Origin: an uncultured Planctomycetota bacterium
GTDB lineage: Bacteria > Planctomycetota > PLA2 > JAEUHO01
DNA length: 64,000 nucleotides
Reading direction: 5' to 3'
Assembly: GCA_963752285.1 (NCBI GenBank)
Contig: CAVVXN010000003.1
Coordinates: forward strand, 256,001-320,000
Part shown: positions 27,834-36,283 of the stretch, one piece after another
How positions within the stretch are numbered: position 1 is the first letter of the stretch
How the letters are laid out: every line of letters starts with the position of its first letter
Translations under genes and position numbers: made by a program
The notes under the pieces: model-generated
Told to the model about the DNA's origin: nothing
Databases searched by the model: none
Seen by the model: the letters and a program-made list of their open reading frames with translations, nothing else

Positions 27834-28172
27834 GTGGGGCGTACCGTGCTGTATCGCGTGAAGATCGGAGAGGACGAGTACATCGGCACCGCCGAGGAGG
27901 TGGTCGGCTTCATGGCGCAGAACGTCGGAGCGCCGGGCCACGACGTCGAGACGTACATGCGCGGCATCGCGATCCGCCTGCGCGAGACGATGGGCATCGT
28001 GGGCATCGAGACCACCGACGCGGTGTCGTTCCTCGAGACGCTCCGGCTGGAGAACGTCCTGCCGGTCGAGGAGGTGGGCGAGCCCTCGGAGGTCCGGCAC
28101 GACCCCGAGGAGGTGCTCGGGGAGGGGCCGGTGGTCTACGGTCCCGGCGTGGACCCCGGCGACCTCGACTGA
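27834..28172 (+). CDS. Small acidic hypothetical protein
   Basis: GAGGA before GTG 27834 (alternative GTG 27783); protein-like composition 'LYRVKIGEDEYIGTAEEVVGFMA...'. Confidence 0.65.
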   Translation: MGRTVLYRVKIGEDEYIGTAEEVVGFMAQNVGAPGHDVETYMRGIAIRLRETMGIVGIETTDAVSFLETLRLENVLPVEEVGEPSEVRHDPEEVLGEGPVVYGPGVDPGDLD

Positions 28173-28175
28173 GGC

Positions 28176-28400
28176 TCACCCCGCGCGGAGGGGGCGCCGT
28201 CGGCGCCGCAGGAGGGCCGCGGCGCCGAGGCCCAGGAGGAGGATCGTCGGGGGCTCGGGGACCGGAGCCGTCGCGCCCGTGAAGGAGAGGGTCAGCGCGC
28301 CCGCCCCGGTCCGCGTGCCGTTGTACGCATTCGTCGCGAGGTAGTCGTCGGAGCGGAGGCGGTCGTCCCGGCCCGCGACCAGGGAGCCCGTGAGGAGGCT
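28176..28400 (-). pseudogene. C-terminal remnant of a PEP-CTERM protein
   Basis: 'LTLSFTGATAPVPEPPTILLLGLGAAALLRRRRR' = VPEP motif, TM helix and Arg cluster; no signal peptide or own start. Confidence 0.7.
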
Positions 28401-28494
28401 CGCGGCGGGCGCCGGGTTCCGCGCGCGAAGAGGACCGACCCGCCGGCGACTCCGCTCCGTCGCGCCGTGACCGGCGCGTGCGCGAGAGAGCGGC

Positions 28495-28860
28495 GGTTGT
28501 CGTCCGCCCGCGGACGCGGAGCGCCGGGCCGGCTCGCGCGCCATCGCTTCTCGGCACACCGTCTCGATCTCGATCGAGCCCGACCGCGCCCGGCTCCGCG
28601 GCCGCAGCGGGTCCCGGTGGAGGAACGCGTCGCGAAGCGCCTGGATGGGATCACCCTGGAACGGAGGCCGGCCCGTGAGGATCTCGTAGAGGAGCACGCC
28701 GAGCCCGCACACGTCGCTTCGTCCGTCGATGGAGTCGGCGTCCCCTTGGACCTGCTCCGGCGACAGGTAGGCGGGCGTGCCGAGCAGCGGTCCCTCGCGT
28801 GTCGGTGTCGTGGACTGCGCGGCCCGTCGGGCGAGGCCGAAGTCGACGAGGAGCGCCGCG
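28495..28860 (-). pseudogene. Remnant of a Hanks-type Ser/Thr protein kinase (subdomains VII-XI only)
   Basis: Single frame 'LVDFGLAR...LGTPAYLSPEQVQG...DGRSDVCGLGVLLYEILTGRPPF...IETVCREAMAREPARRSASA'; no N-lobe or HRD loop. Confidence 0.8.
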
Positions 28861-28988
28861 TCCTCCTCCCATGTCGGGAGGGGCGGACCCAGGCGGCCAT
28901 CGCGATCGAGGTCGGATGCCGCGAACGGACCGTCCGCCGGCTCCTGAACGCCCCGGAGTCCCGGTTCCGCGGCCGGCTCCGGCCCTGA
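28845..28988 (+). pseudogene. Remnant of ECF sigma factor region 4 (helix-turn-helix)
   Basis: 'DEERRVLLPCREGRTQAAIAIEVGCRERTVRRLL...' ending TGA at 28988; region 2 is absent. Confidence 0.6.
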
Positions 28989-29020
28989 GGCGGCGGGGCC
29001 CCGTGCGTAGGATGGAGGGG

Positions 29021-29845
29021 ATGGTCCCCGACCCGCCCTCCCGCGCCGGCGCGGCGCTCGCGTACGCGATCTCCGCGCTGACCACGCTGCTCTGGTTCGC
29101 CTGCGTCCTGCCCGCGGGTCCCATCGTGGCCGGGCACGCGTTCGACGCCGCGACGCCGATGTACCGCGAGGCCTGGCTCCTCGTCCCCGCGCTCCTCCTC
29201 CTGATCATCATGCCCGTGGGCATCGTGCTCTCGCAGTCGCGCGTCGGCCGGCTCGCGGTGCTCGCGGGGACCGACACGTTCGTCGCCGGGTACGCGGGAC
29301 TCGTCCTCGTGGGTCGCGGCAACATCCGGGGCGACGTCTCGGCGCTGCTCGTCGCGATGATGCTCTTCCTCGCCTTCCTCTCGCTCGCCGAGGTGGTGCG
29401 TCTGCTCCGCGCGGGCGACGAGGGCGCGGGCGGGCCGCTCCTCAAGGGCGTTCGCTTCGCGATCGCGCTTCTCGCGCTCCTCATGCCCGCCGGGGTGCTG
29501 GTGCTCGACGGGCGCGAGCTCGCGAGCCTGCTCGCTCCGTTCGTCGTGGTGGCCGTGGGGAGCGGCGGCTCGACGCTCGCGCGCGCCCCGCTGGGGCTCC
29601 GGTTCACCGCGTCGCTCGTCCACGCGCTCCTCGCGACCCACCTCGTGGTCACGCTGAGGTACACGCTCTTCGACGCGGAGCCCGCGTTCACCCGCATCAC
29701 GATCGCGGGGTGGGTCACGCTCGGCCTGGCCATCCTGATCCTGCTCCTCGCGCTCGTCCAGGCGCTGCGTCTCTACCGCCGCTACCGCCGGCTGCGCGTC
29801 GAGGCCGCGGCCCTGGGGCCGGCCTCGCCGGCGCCCGCCGCGTGA
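29021..29845 (+). CDS. Hypothetical polytopic membrane protein
   Basis: About 8 hydrophobic segments; TAGGAT 7 nt before the ATG; GTGA overlap with the MATE gene. Confidence 0.75.
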   Translation: MVPDPPSRAGAALAYAISALTTLLWFACVLPAGPIVAGHAFDAATPMYREAWLLVPALLLLIIMPVGIVLSQSRVGRLAVLAGTDTFVAGYAGLVLVGRGNIRGDVSALLVAMMLFLAFLSLAEVVRLLRAGDEGAGGPLLKGVRFAIALLALLMPAGVLVLDGRELASLLAPFVVVAVGSGGSTLARAPLGLRFTASLVHALLATHLVVTLRYTLFDAEPAFTRITIAGWVTLGLAILILLLALVQALRLYRRYRRLRVEAAALGPASPAPAA

Positions 29846-31275
29846 GCGACGCCGCGCGCGCGCGCGACGCCGAGGGCCGAACGAGGGACCGCGCGGGCCT
29901 CGACCGGAAGATCGTCGCGCTCGCCGTGCCCGCGGCCGGCAGCGCGATGCTGCTGGTCCTCCTGGCGTGGATCGACATGTACTGGGTCGGGCCCCTCGGG
30001 ACCGACGCGCTCGCCGCCCTCGCGATCGCGAGCGTGTCGGTGTGGATGTTCGCGGCGCTCGGCGCCCTGGTCGGAACGGGCGTCACCGCGCTCGTCGCGC
30101 GCTACGTCGGGGTGGGGCGAGAGGACGCCGCGGCCTACGTGGGCTTCCAGGGCCTCCTCGGGGCCGTCGCGTTCGGCCTGGCGACGGGCGCCGCGGGCCT
30201 CGTGCTCGCACCTGCGATCTACGACGTGTCGAACGCGGCGCCGCGGGTCGCCGCGATGGGTGTCGTGTACACGCGGATCTACTGGGGCGGGGGCGCGCTG
30301 ATCCTGCTCGCGCAGGCCGCCGACGCGGTGTTCCGAGGGCACGGCAACACGCGCGTCCCGTTCGCCGCCGGCCTCGTCGCGCTCGTGCTGAACGCGGTCC
30401 TCGACCCGCTCCTGATCCGCGGCGTCGGGCCGATCCCGGAGATGGGCGTCGCGGGCGCCGCCGCGGCGACGCTCCTCGCGACCGGCGTCGCCGCGGGGCT
30501 GGTCGTCCTGCGACTCGCACGACGGGGCTTCCTCCTCCGTGCCCGTCCGGACGACGATCGCCTCCGCTTCGTCCCCACCACGCCGCTCGGTCGTCCCGGC
30601 CTCCTCGGGATCGACCGCGTGGTCTTCCGCCGGATGTCGCGCGTCGGCGCGCCGATGGCGGTGGGAGGGCTCGTCTTCACGGGCATCACGCTGGGCATGC
30701 ACAACGTCGCCGGCCGCGTCGGCGGCGCCGCGGCGCAGGCCGGCCTCGGCGTGGGCCACCGCGGCGAGGGCGTGGCGTACGTGCTCTGCCTCGGCTGGGC
30801 CGCGGCGGCGTCGGCGCTGGTCGGCCAGGCCCTCGGCGCGGGCCGCCCGGACCAGGCGGCGCGGACCGCCTGGCGCGCCGTCCTCCACGCGGCGCTGCTC
30901 AGCGCGCTCTGGGGCGTGCTCCTGTGGGGCGCGGCCGACGACGTCGCCGGCCTCCTCACCGGCTTCGACCCCGCCGACGCCGCGGCGCGCGCGCACGCGA
31001 TCTCGTACTTCCGCATCGTGGCGCCCTGCCTGGCCCCGCAGGCGGTGGAGCTGGTGCTCGACGGCGCGTTCGGCGGCGCGGGGCTGACGCTCCCTCCGAT
31101 GATCATCTCGACCGTCTTCGCCGCGGTGCGGATCCCGCTCGCGTTCCTCTTCGCCGATCGCCTGGGATACGGGGCGCCGGCCATCTGGACCGTCATCGCC
31201 GTGACGGCCGCGCTCCGCGGCCTCGTCGCCGGACTCTGGTTCGCGCGCGGGACGTGGAAGACCCGGACGGTGTGA
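29842..31275 (+). CDS. MATE family efflux transporter
   Basis: 'LAVP...DMYWVGPLGTDALAA', 'FRGHGNTRVP...LNAVLDPLLI...MGVAGAAAAT', 'LVGQALGAG', 'RGTWK'. Confidence 0.9.
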   Translation: MSDAARARDAEGRTRDRAGLDRKIVALAVPAAGSAMLLVLLAWIDMYWVGPLGTDALAALAIASVSVWMFAALGALVGTGVTALVARYVGVGREDAAAYVGFQGLLGAVAFGLATGAAGLVLAPAIYDVSNAAPRVAAMGVVYTRIYWGGGALILLAQAADAVFRGHGNTRVPFAAGLVALVLNAVLDPLLIRGVGPIPEMGVAGAAAATLLATGVAAGLVVLRLARRGFLLRARPDDDRLRFVPTTPLGRPGLLGIDRVVFRRMSRVGAPMAVGGLVFTGITLGMHNVAGRVGGAAAQAGLGVGHRGEGVAYVLCLGWAAAASALVGQALGAGRPDQAARTAWRAVLHAALLSALWGVLLWGAADDVAGLLTGFDPADAAARAHAISYFRIVAPCLAPQAVELVLDGAFGGAGLTLPPMIISTVFAAVRIPLAFLFADRLGYGAPAIWTVIAVTAALRGLVAGLWFARGTWKTRTV

Positions 31276-31334
31276 GCGATAGCACGCGGGCTCGGCACGC
31301 GGACGACGGGCGCGGGGCCGGTAGGATCTGGCCG

Positions 31335-32201
31335 ATGTGCCGTCGGCTCCTCGTCGCCGTCCCGCTCGTCCTCGGCGTCGTGGTCCTCGCGGCCCTCCTC
31401 GCGCCCCCATTCCAGCACGTGGGCGTCGCGTGGGGGCTCACGACGCCGGAGCGGTTTCCGAAGCTCGTGCGGCGGATCCTCGTGGTGGGCCTCGTCGCCC
31501 TCGTGCTGGCCGCGTTCCGGCCCTGGCGCGAAGGCGGCCTCGGCTCGTACGGGCTCGTGGGGCCCCGGGCACGCCTCGTGACGCCCGCATTCGCGTGGTC
31601 CGCCACTGTGATCGTGATGCTCGGGATCCTCACTGTGCACCTCGCGACCGGCTGGCTCGTGGTGGACGACCCGGTGGACACCCACGAGGTCGTGAAGCGG
31701 CTCTGGCGCTGGTTCCTCCTCGGCTGGACGATCGCGCTCGCCGAGGAGTGGTTCTTCCGCGGCTGGATGGACCGCCGGTTCCAGCGGTTCCTGACGCCGC
31801 GTCGCTCCGCGCTCCTGGTGGCCGGCGTCTTCGCCTTCCTCCACGTCTTCGAGGGCGAGATCGACCCGACGGGCATCGAGCCGACCGTGCTCGGCGCGTT
31901 CGAGTCGATGGCGCGCTGGTTCGGACGGTTCCTCGAGTTCCAAACGCTCGTGCCGTCGCTCGTCGGGCTCTTCCTCTTCAGTCTGGTCCTCACGGCGGTG
32001 TGGCGTCGCACGGGCACGCTGTGGGCCGACGTGGGGATCCACGCGGGCGCGGTGTTCGTCCTCAAGTGCTACGGCGCCGCGACCACCCGGGACCCGGAAT
32101 GGACCTGGGCCGGATCGAAGCACCTCTTCGACGGCCCTCCCGGCTGGATCGTGATGGGCCTGGCCCTCGTGGGGACCCGCTTCGTCCGGCCCCGCCGTTG
32201 A
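31335..32201 (+). CDS. CPBP (CAAX/Abi) family intramembrane glutamic endopeptidase
   Basis: 'EEWFFRG', 'FAFLH', 'RTGTLWADVGIH'; multiple TM segments. Confidence 0.85.
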   Translation: MCRRLLVAVPLVLGVVVLAALLAPPFQHVGVAWGLTTPERFPKLVRRILVVGLVALVLAAFRPWREGGLGSYGLVGPRARLVTPAFAWSATVIVMLGILTVHLATGWLVVDDPVDTHEVVKRLWRWFLLGWTIALAEEWFFRGWMDRRFQRFLTPRRSALLVAGVFAFLHVFEGEIDPTGIEPTVLGAFESMARWFGRFLEFQTLVPSLVGLFLFSLVLTAVWRRTGTLWADVGIHAGAVFVLKCYGAATTRDPEWTWAGSKHLFDGPPGWIVMGLALVGTRFVRPRR

Positions 32202-32295
32202 GGCGGGGCCTCGCGGGTCCGCGCGGCCTTCCCCGCGCGTGCCCGAGCCTATGATGGAGCTTCGAGCCCCACGGGACGTCCGGAGGCCGGTCGCG

Positions 32296-34485
32296 ATGGC
32301 GGAGAGCGGAAGAGGACGAGGGGCCTTTCCGTCGCGCCTCGCCCGCGCCCTGGGGCGCGGGCGGTGGCTCGTCCTCGGCCTCGCGCTGCTCGCCGTCGTC
32401 TACTTCGCCCGCGACACGGGGCTCCTCGGCGGCGACGCGCTCGACCGTGCGGACGACCCGGTCGCGGGCTCGTCCTTGGACGCGCGGACTCTGGTGCACG
32501 CGCCGGCCGGCGGGCCCGAGGAAGGGCCCCGTCTCGCGGGGCGCTTCGTGGCGGGGGACGACGCCTTCGGTCCCGGGGCCGGCGGCGCGGCAGGCGAAGG
32601 CCAGGCGACGATCGGGGGCGCGGGGGCGGCGCGCGCGCGCGGCCTCGTCACGATCGGCGGCGTCGTCCGGGACGAGCGGGGACAGCCGGTGGCCGGGGCG
32701 ACGATCTTCACGCGGGGCGGGGGGGCCGAGACCCAGGAGGACGGTCGGTTCACGCTGTCCCTCGCGCCGGGCCGATACGCCCTCGTCGTCCACAGCGCGA
32801 AGGGCGCGCTCCTCCTCCCCTCGTTCCTCGTGGACGGCGCGACGGGCACGGAGCTGGAGCTCGTCCTGCTCCCTGCTGTTCGGCTCGAGGTCCACGTCAC
32901 GCACGTGGGGCGGGTGGTCGCCGAGGCGCAGGTGGCGCTCGCGGCCGCGCGCGCCGACGAGGTCACCTGGAACGCCGAGCCGACGGACGACGGAGGCATC
33001 GCGGTCTTCGAGAACCTCTTCCAGGGACGGTACGACATCACGGTCACGATGCCCGACGGGCGCGAGGTGAAGAAGCCCGTCTCGCTCCACGCGGACGCCG
33101 TCGTCGAGGTGGACGTGCCCGCGGGCGTGCGGATCCACGGCCGCGTGCTCGAGGCCGAGCGCGGGGACGGCGTCGCCGGCGCACGCGTGGTGGCCGACGT
33201 CCGGACCGGGACCGGGCTCGCCGTCGAGGTGGAGGGCACGAGCGACGACGCCGGCGGATACGACCTGGACGTTCCCCGAGGGCACGTAGACGCGATCGCG
33301 GTCACCGCCGACGGGTTCGCGCCCTGGCCGTCGAATCGCGAGCGCGGCAAGGTGCTCCGCGCGTTGAGGCCCCTCACGTTCGGGAAGGAGGTCTCGCTCG
33401 ACGCGAAGCTCGTCCAGGGCCTCTCCGTCCACGGCACGGTGACCGACCCAGAGCACCGTCCCGTCCCGGGCCTCATCGTGGACCTCGTCCCCGTGCGCGG
33501 CGCGCCGCAGTCCGCCACGAGCGACGACGACGGCCGCTTCGAGATCGCGGGCCTCACGCGTGGTCGCTGGCGCGTCTCGATCGAAGGCGAGGCGTGGTTC
33601 CCCGAGGCGTACGCCGTCGTCGACGTGCCCGGTCTCGCCCCCGGCGCGTCGTTCGAGAAGAACCTCGTCGTGCACCGCGCGCTCGACGTCTCCGGGCGCA
33701 TCGTGTACTCCGACGGGAAGCCCGCGGCGGCCGCGCGCGTGTGGGCGACGGGCGGGGGCGGGCTCGTCTCGGCGGCCCACCGCGCGGGGCGCACCCTCGA
33801 GACCTTCAGCGACGACGACGGCCGCTGGCGCCTCGTCGACCTGCCCGCCGACGTGTCGTTGGTCTTGCGGGGGGCCGTCGGCTCGCTGGAGGCGACTCCA
33901 CGAGGCGTTCGCGCCTCCGCGCTCACGACGACCGAGATCGTGCTCGAGCTCGCGCCGACGGTCACGGTGCGCGGACGCGTCGAGGACCTGCGGACGCACG
34001 AACCCGTCGGGCACGCGACGGTCACGATCCGCCCGAAGGGCGACCCGGGCGGACGCCCGGCCCGTCGCCTGACCGCCGACGTGGAAGGCCGCTTCGAAGC
34101 GGCCGAGCTGATCCCCGGGACGTGGACGTTCCAGCCGTCGTACGCGAGCTACCTCCCCGCGGAGGCGACGGAACGCACGCTCGCCGGCGGTCGCGACGTC
34201 GTCGTGAACCTCGAGCTCGACCCCGGCCTGGCCGTCGGCGGCGTGGTGCTCGACGCGGCGGGCCGCGCCCTCGACCGGGCGCGCGTCGTGGTGAACGGGA
34301 CGACGCGCGCCGGGGGACGCGTGTCGCGCTCGGGCCGGACGGACGCGCGCGGCCGCTTCCGACTGATCGGGTTCCTCCCGGGCGCGTACGTGCTCTACGC
34401 GGGGCACCCGGGCTATCGGAACGCGAAGGTCCCCGACCTGACGGGCGGCGAGGAGTGGATCCAGGTGGAGCTCCGCCCACGCTGA
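32296..34485 (+). CDS. Membrane-anchored protein with tandem carboxypeptidase-regulatory-like beta-sandwich repeats
   Basis: GGAGG Shine-Dalgarno; N-terminal TM; about 7 repeats of the pattern 'GxVxD..G.PV.GA.V...TD.DGRF...GL.PG.Y'. Confidence 0.8.
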   Translation: MAESGRGRGAFPSRLARALGRGRWLVLGLALLAVVYFARDTGLLGGDALDRADDPVAGSSLDARTLVHAPAGGPEEGPRLAGRFVAGDDAFGPGAGGAAGEGQATIGGAGAARARGLVTIGGVVRDERGQPVAGATIFTRGGGAETQEDGRFTLSLAPGRYALVVHSAKGALLLPSFLVDGATGTELELVLLPAVRLEVHVTHVGRVVAEAQVALAAARADEVTWNAEPTDDGGIAVFENLFQGRYDITVTMPDGREVKKPVSLHADAVVEVDVPAGVRIHGRVLEAERGDGVAGARVVADVRTGTGLAVEVEGTSDDAGGYDLDVPRGHVDAIAVTADGFAPWPSNRERGKVLRALRPLTFGKEVSLDAKLVQGLSVHGTVTDPEHRPVPGLIVDLVPVRGAPQSATSDDDGRFEIAGLTRGRWRVSIEGEAWFPEAYAVVDVPGLAPGASFEKNLVVHRALDVSGRIVYSDGKPAAAARVWATGGGGLVSAAHRAGRTLETFSDDDGRWRLVDLPADVSLVLRGAVGSLEATPRGVRASALTTTEIVLELAPTVTVRGRVEDLRTHEPVGHATVTIRPKGDPGGRPARRLTADVEGRFEAAELIPGTWTFQPSYASYLPAEATERTLAGGRDVVVNLELDPGLAVGGVVLDAAGRALDRARVVVNGTTRAGGRVSRSGRTDARGRFRLIGFLPGAYVLYAGHPGYRNAKVPDLTGGEEWIQVELRPR

Positions 34486-34551
34486 CGACCCGCCCGGGCG
34501 GAGGCGCGAGGGAACCGGCCCGGGTCGTGGGCGCGCGCGGCGGCCGTCGCG

Positions 34552-35202
34552 TCAACGCGATCCGACGCGGGCGAGGCTCCGGCGCGCGCCGAGGTGGCGG
34601 GGATCCGATCGGAGCGCCTCTTCGAAGCGCCGGCGGGCGTTCGCAAGATCGCCGGCCGCCATCGCCTGGAGGCCCAGCAGGTACGACGCGTCCGCGCACG
34701 CCGGGTCCAGGGCGAGCGCGCGGAGCCACGCCGCGCGCGCCTCGGGCGCGGTCTCGGCGGCGCGACCTCTCGCGACCCAGCGCGCGGCCTCGGCCCGCGC
34801 GGGATCGACGGTCTTCACGCCCCCCACGTAGCCGCCCTCGGACCAGGTCGTGGCGCCCGCCGGGACGGTGGTGGGGACCGCGCCCGGCACCTGGCTCGTC
34901 GCCTGCGGGTACGGCGCGTAGGCCGGCCCGACCGCGGCGGGCTGAGCCCCGGGGCGACCGTACGCCTGCTGGTACGCCGCGCGCTCGCGCTTGTCGGCCA
35001 TGTAGTCGCCGACGAGATAGCCCGTGACGCCGCCCGTCACGCCCCCCAGGATGACGCCGAGCGCGGAGCCGCTCGTGAGCCCGCCGATCAGCGCGCCCCC
35101 CGCGGCGCCGAACGCGGCGCCGGTCATCCGTTCGTTCATCTGGCAGGCGGGCAGGACCGCCACGGCGGACGCCAGGACGACGACGGCGGCGGTTCGGCGC
35201 AT
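34552..35202 (-). CDS. Lipoprotein with a glycine zipper and C-terminal TPR
   Basis: Lipobox LPAC; 'GAAFGAAGGALIGG...GGVTGGVTGYLVG'; TPR-like 'ALALDP...YLLG...ARRRFEEALRSDPRH'; GAGGAGG Shine-Dalgarno. Confidence 0.8.
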   Translation of the reverse strand: MRRTAAVVVLASAVAVLPACQMNERMTGAAFGAAGGALIGGLTSGSALGVILGGVTGGVTGYLVGDYMADKRERAAYQQAYGRPGAQPAAVGPAYAPYPQATSQVPGAVPTTVPAGATTWSEGGYVGGVKTVDPARAEAARWVARGRAAETAPEARAAWLRALALDPACADASYLLGLQAMAAGDLANARRRFEEALRSDPRHLGARRSLARVGSR

Positions 35203-35206
35203 GGGA

Positions 35207-35260
35207 CCTCCTCGGCACGCCTCTTCAGCGCGCCTTCCTCAGCACGCTTTCCTCAGCACG
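35207..35260. repeat. Four tandem 13-14 bp degenerate repeats (minus-strand consensus CGTGCTGAGGAAGG)
   Basis: Units at 35207-35219, 35220-35232, 35233-35246 and 35247-35260, directly upstream of the 35202 start. Confidence 0.8.
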
Positions 35261-35380
35261 ACGGGACGTCCCCTCCGCAGACGGGAGGCCCCGTCCCCTG
35301 GGATCGGCCCGACGGGCGCCCCTCCTGACGGAGACCCGCGCGCCCGGGACGCACGGCGGCGGGTGTACGCTCCCTCCGTC

Positions 35381-36271
35381 GTGCGAAGGCCCCTCCTGCT
35401 CCTCGCCCTCTCTGGCCTCCTCCTCTCCCTCACGGCGTGCGCGGAGCTGGACGAGGACCTTCGCCTCGATCCCTCGGGCGGCGGCACGTACCGGGTTCGG
35501 ATCTCGTGGGACCAGGACCTCCTCCGGCAGGTCGCCGAGTCGGTGCCGCGCCCGGTCGTCGCCCGATTCGCCGCGCGCCTCCCCCCGCTCGACGCCGCGA
35601 CGTGGCGGGACACCGTCGCGGGCGTGCCCGGGCTCCGCCTCGTCCGGGCCGAGGACCTCGCGCCGTCGGGCGGGCGCCGCGGGGTGGAGGTCGAGGTCGC
35701 GTTCGACGACCTCTCGTCGCTCCTGGGCTGGGAGCCGTTCGCGCGCCGACCGCTGGTCGTGGCGCGACGAGGCCCGGACGGGAGCCCGGCCCCGGAGGGG
35801 CCCGCGCGGGCGGGCGACGTCACGACGCTCGAGATGGACCCCCTCGTCCGGATCCCCCTCCTGGACGGGGTCGCCGACGCGCTCCGCCGGGTCGCCGACG
35901 GATCCCGCGGCGACCCCCGAGCCGGCCCGGCGCCCGGGACCGGAACGCCGCCCGCGGCCGGAGCCGCGGCGGGTGACCTGGACGACCTGGGCCTGGACCC
36001 TTCGACCGCTTCGCTCCTCGCGAGGATCGTCCGGGCCCGCCTCGACGAGGCGCACCTCGTGTTTCGCGTCACGACGCCGGGCGCGGTCCGCGCGGCGCCC
36101 GGCGCCCGGGAGCGCGGGGACCGGCAGGCGACCTTCACGTTCGGCGCCGAGCGGCTCGGGACCGCGCGCGACCGGCGGCTCTCCGTGTCGTGGGAGGCCG
36201 CGCCTTCGGAGGGGCTCTCGACGCTCCGCCACGCGGGCGACGCGCCCGTGCCCGAAGCCTGCTTGCGGTAG
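35381..36271 (+). CDS. Hypothetical lipoprotein (LppM/DUF3153-like N-terminus)
   Basis: Lipobox LTAC followed by 'ELDEDLRLDPSGGGT'; C-terminal 'FRVTTPG'. Confidence 0.7.
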   Translation: MRRPLLLLALSGLLLSLTACAELDEDLRLDPSGGGTYRVRISWDQDLLRQVAESVPRPVVARFAARLPPLDAATWRDTVAGVPGLRLVRAEDLAPSGGRRGVEVEVAFDDLSSLLGWEPFARRPLVVARRGPDGSPAPEGPARAGDVTTLEMDPLVRIPLLDGVADALRRVADGSRGDPRAGPAPGTGTPPAAGAAAGDLDDLGLDPSTASLLARIVRARLDEAHLVFRVTTPGAVRAAPGARERGDRQATFTFGAERLGTARDRRLSVSWEAAPSEGLSTLRHAGDAPVPEACLR

Positions 36272-36283
36272 ACTCCCTCCGAC

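Noticed and set aside
28176..28712. A functional surface-anchored protein kinase
   Set aside because: No N-lobe, no HRD catalytic loop, no signal peptide, and no start codon upstream of DFG. Better explained as fused remnants.
12048..35325. CRISPR array at the short repeats (12048, 35207)
   Set aside because: Too few or too short units, no unique spacers of about 30 nt, and no cas genes.
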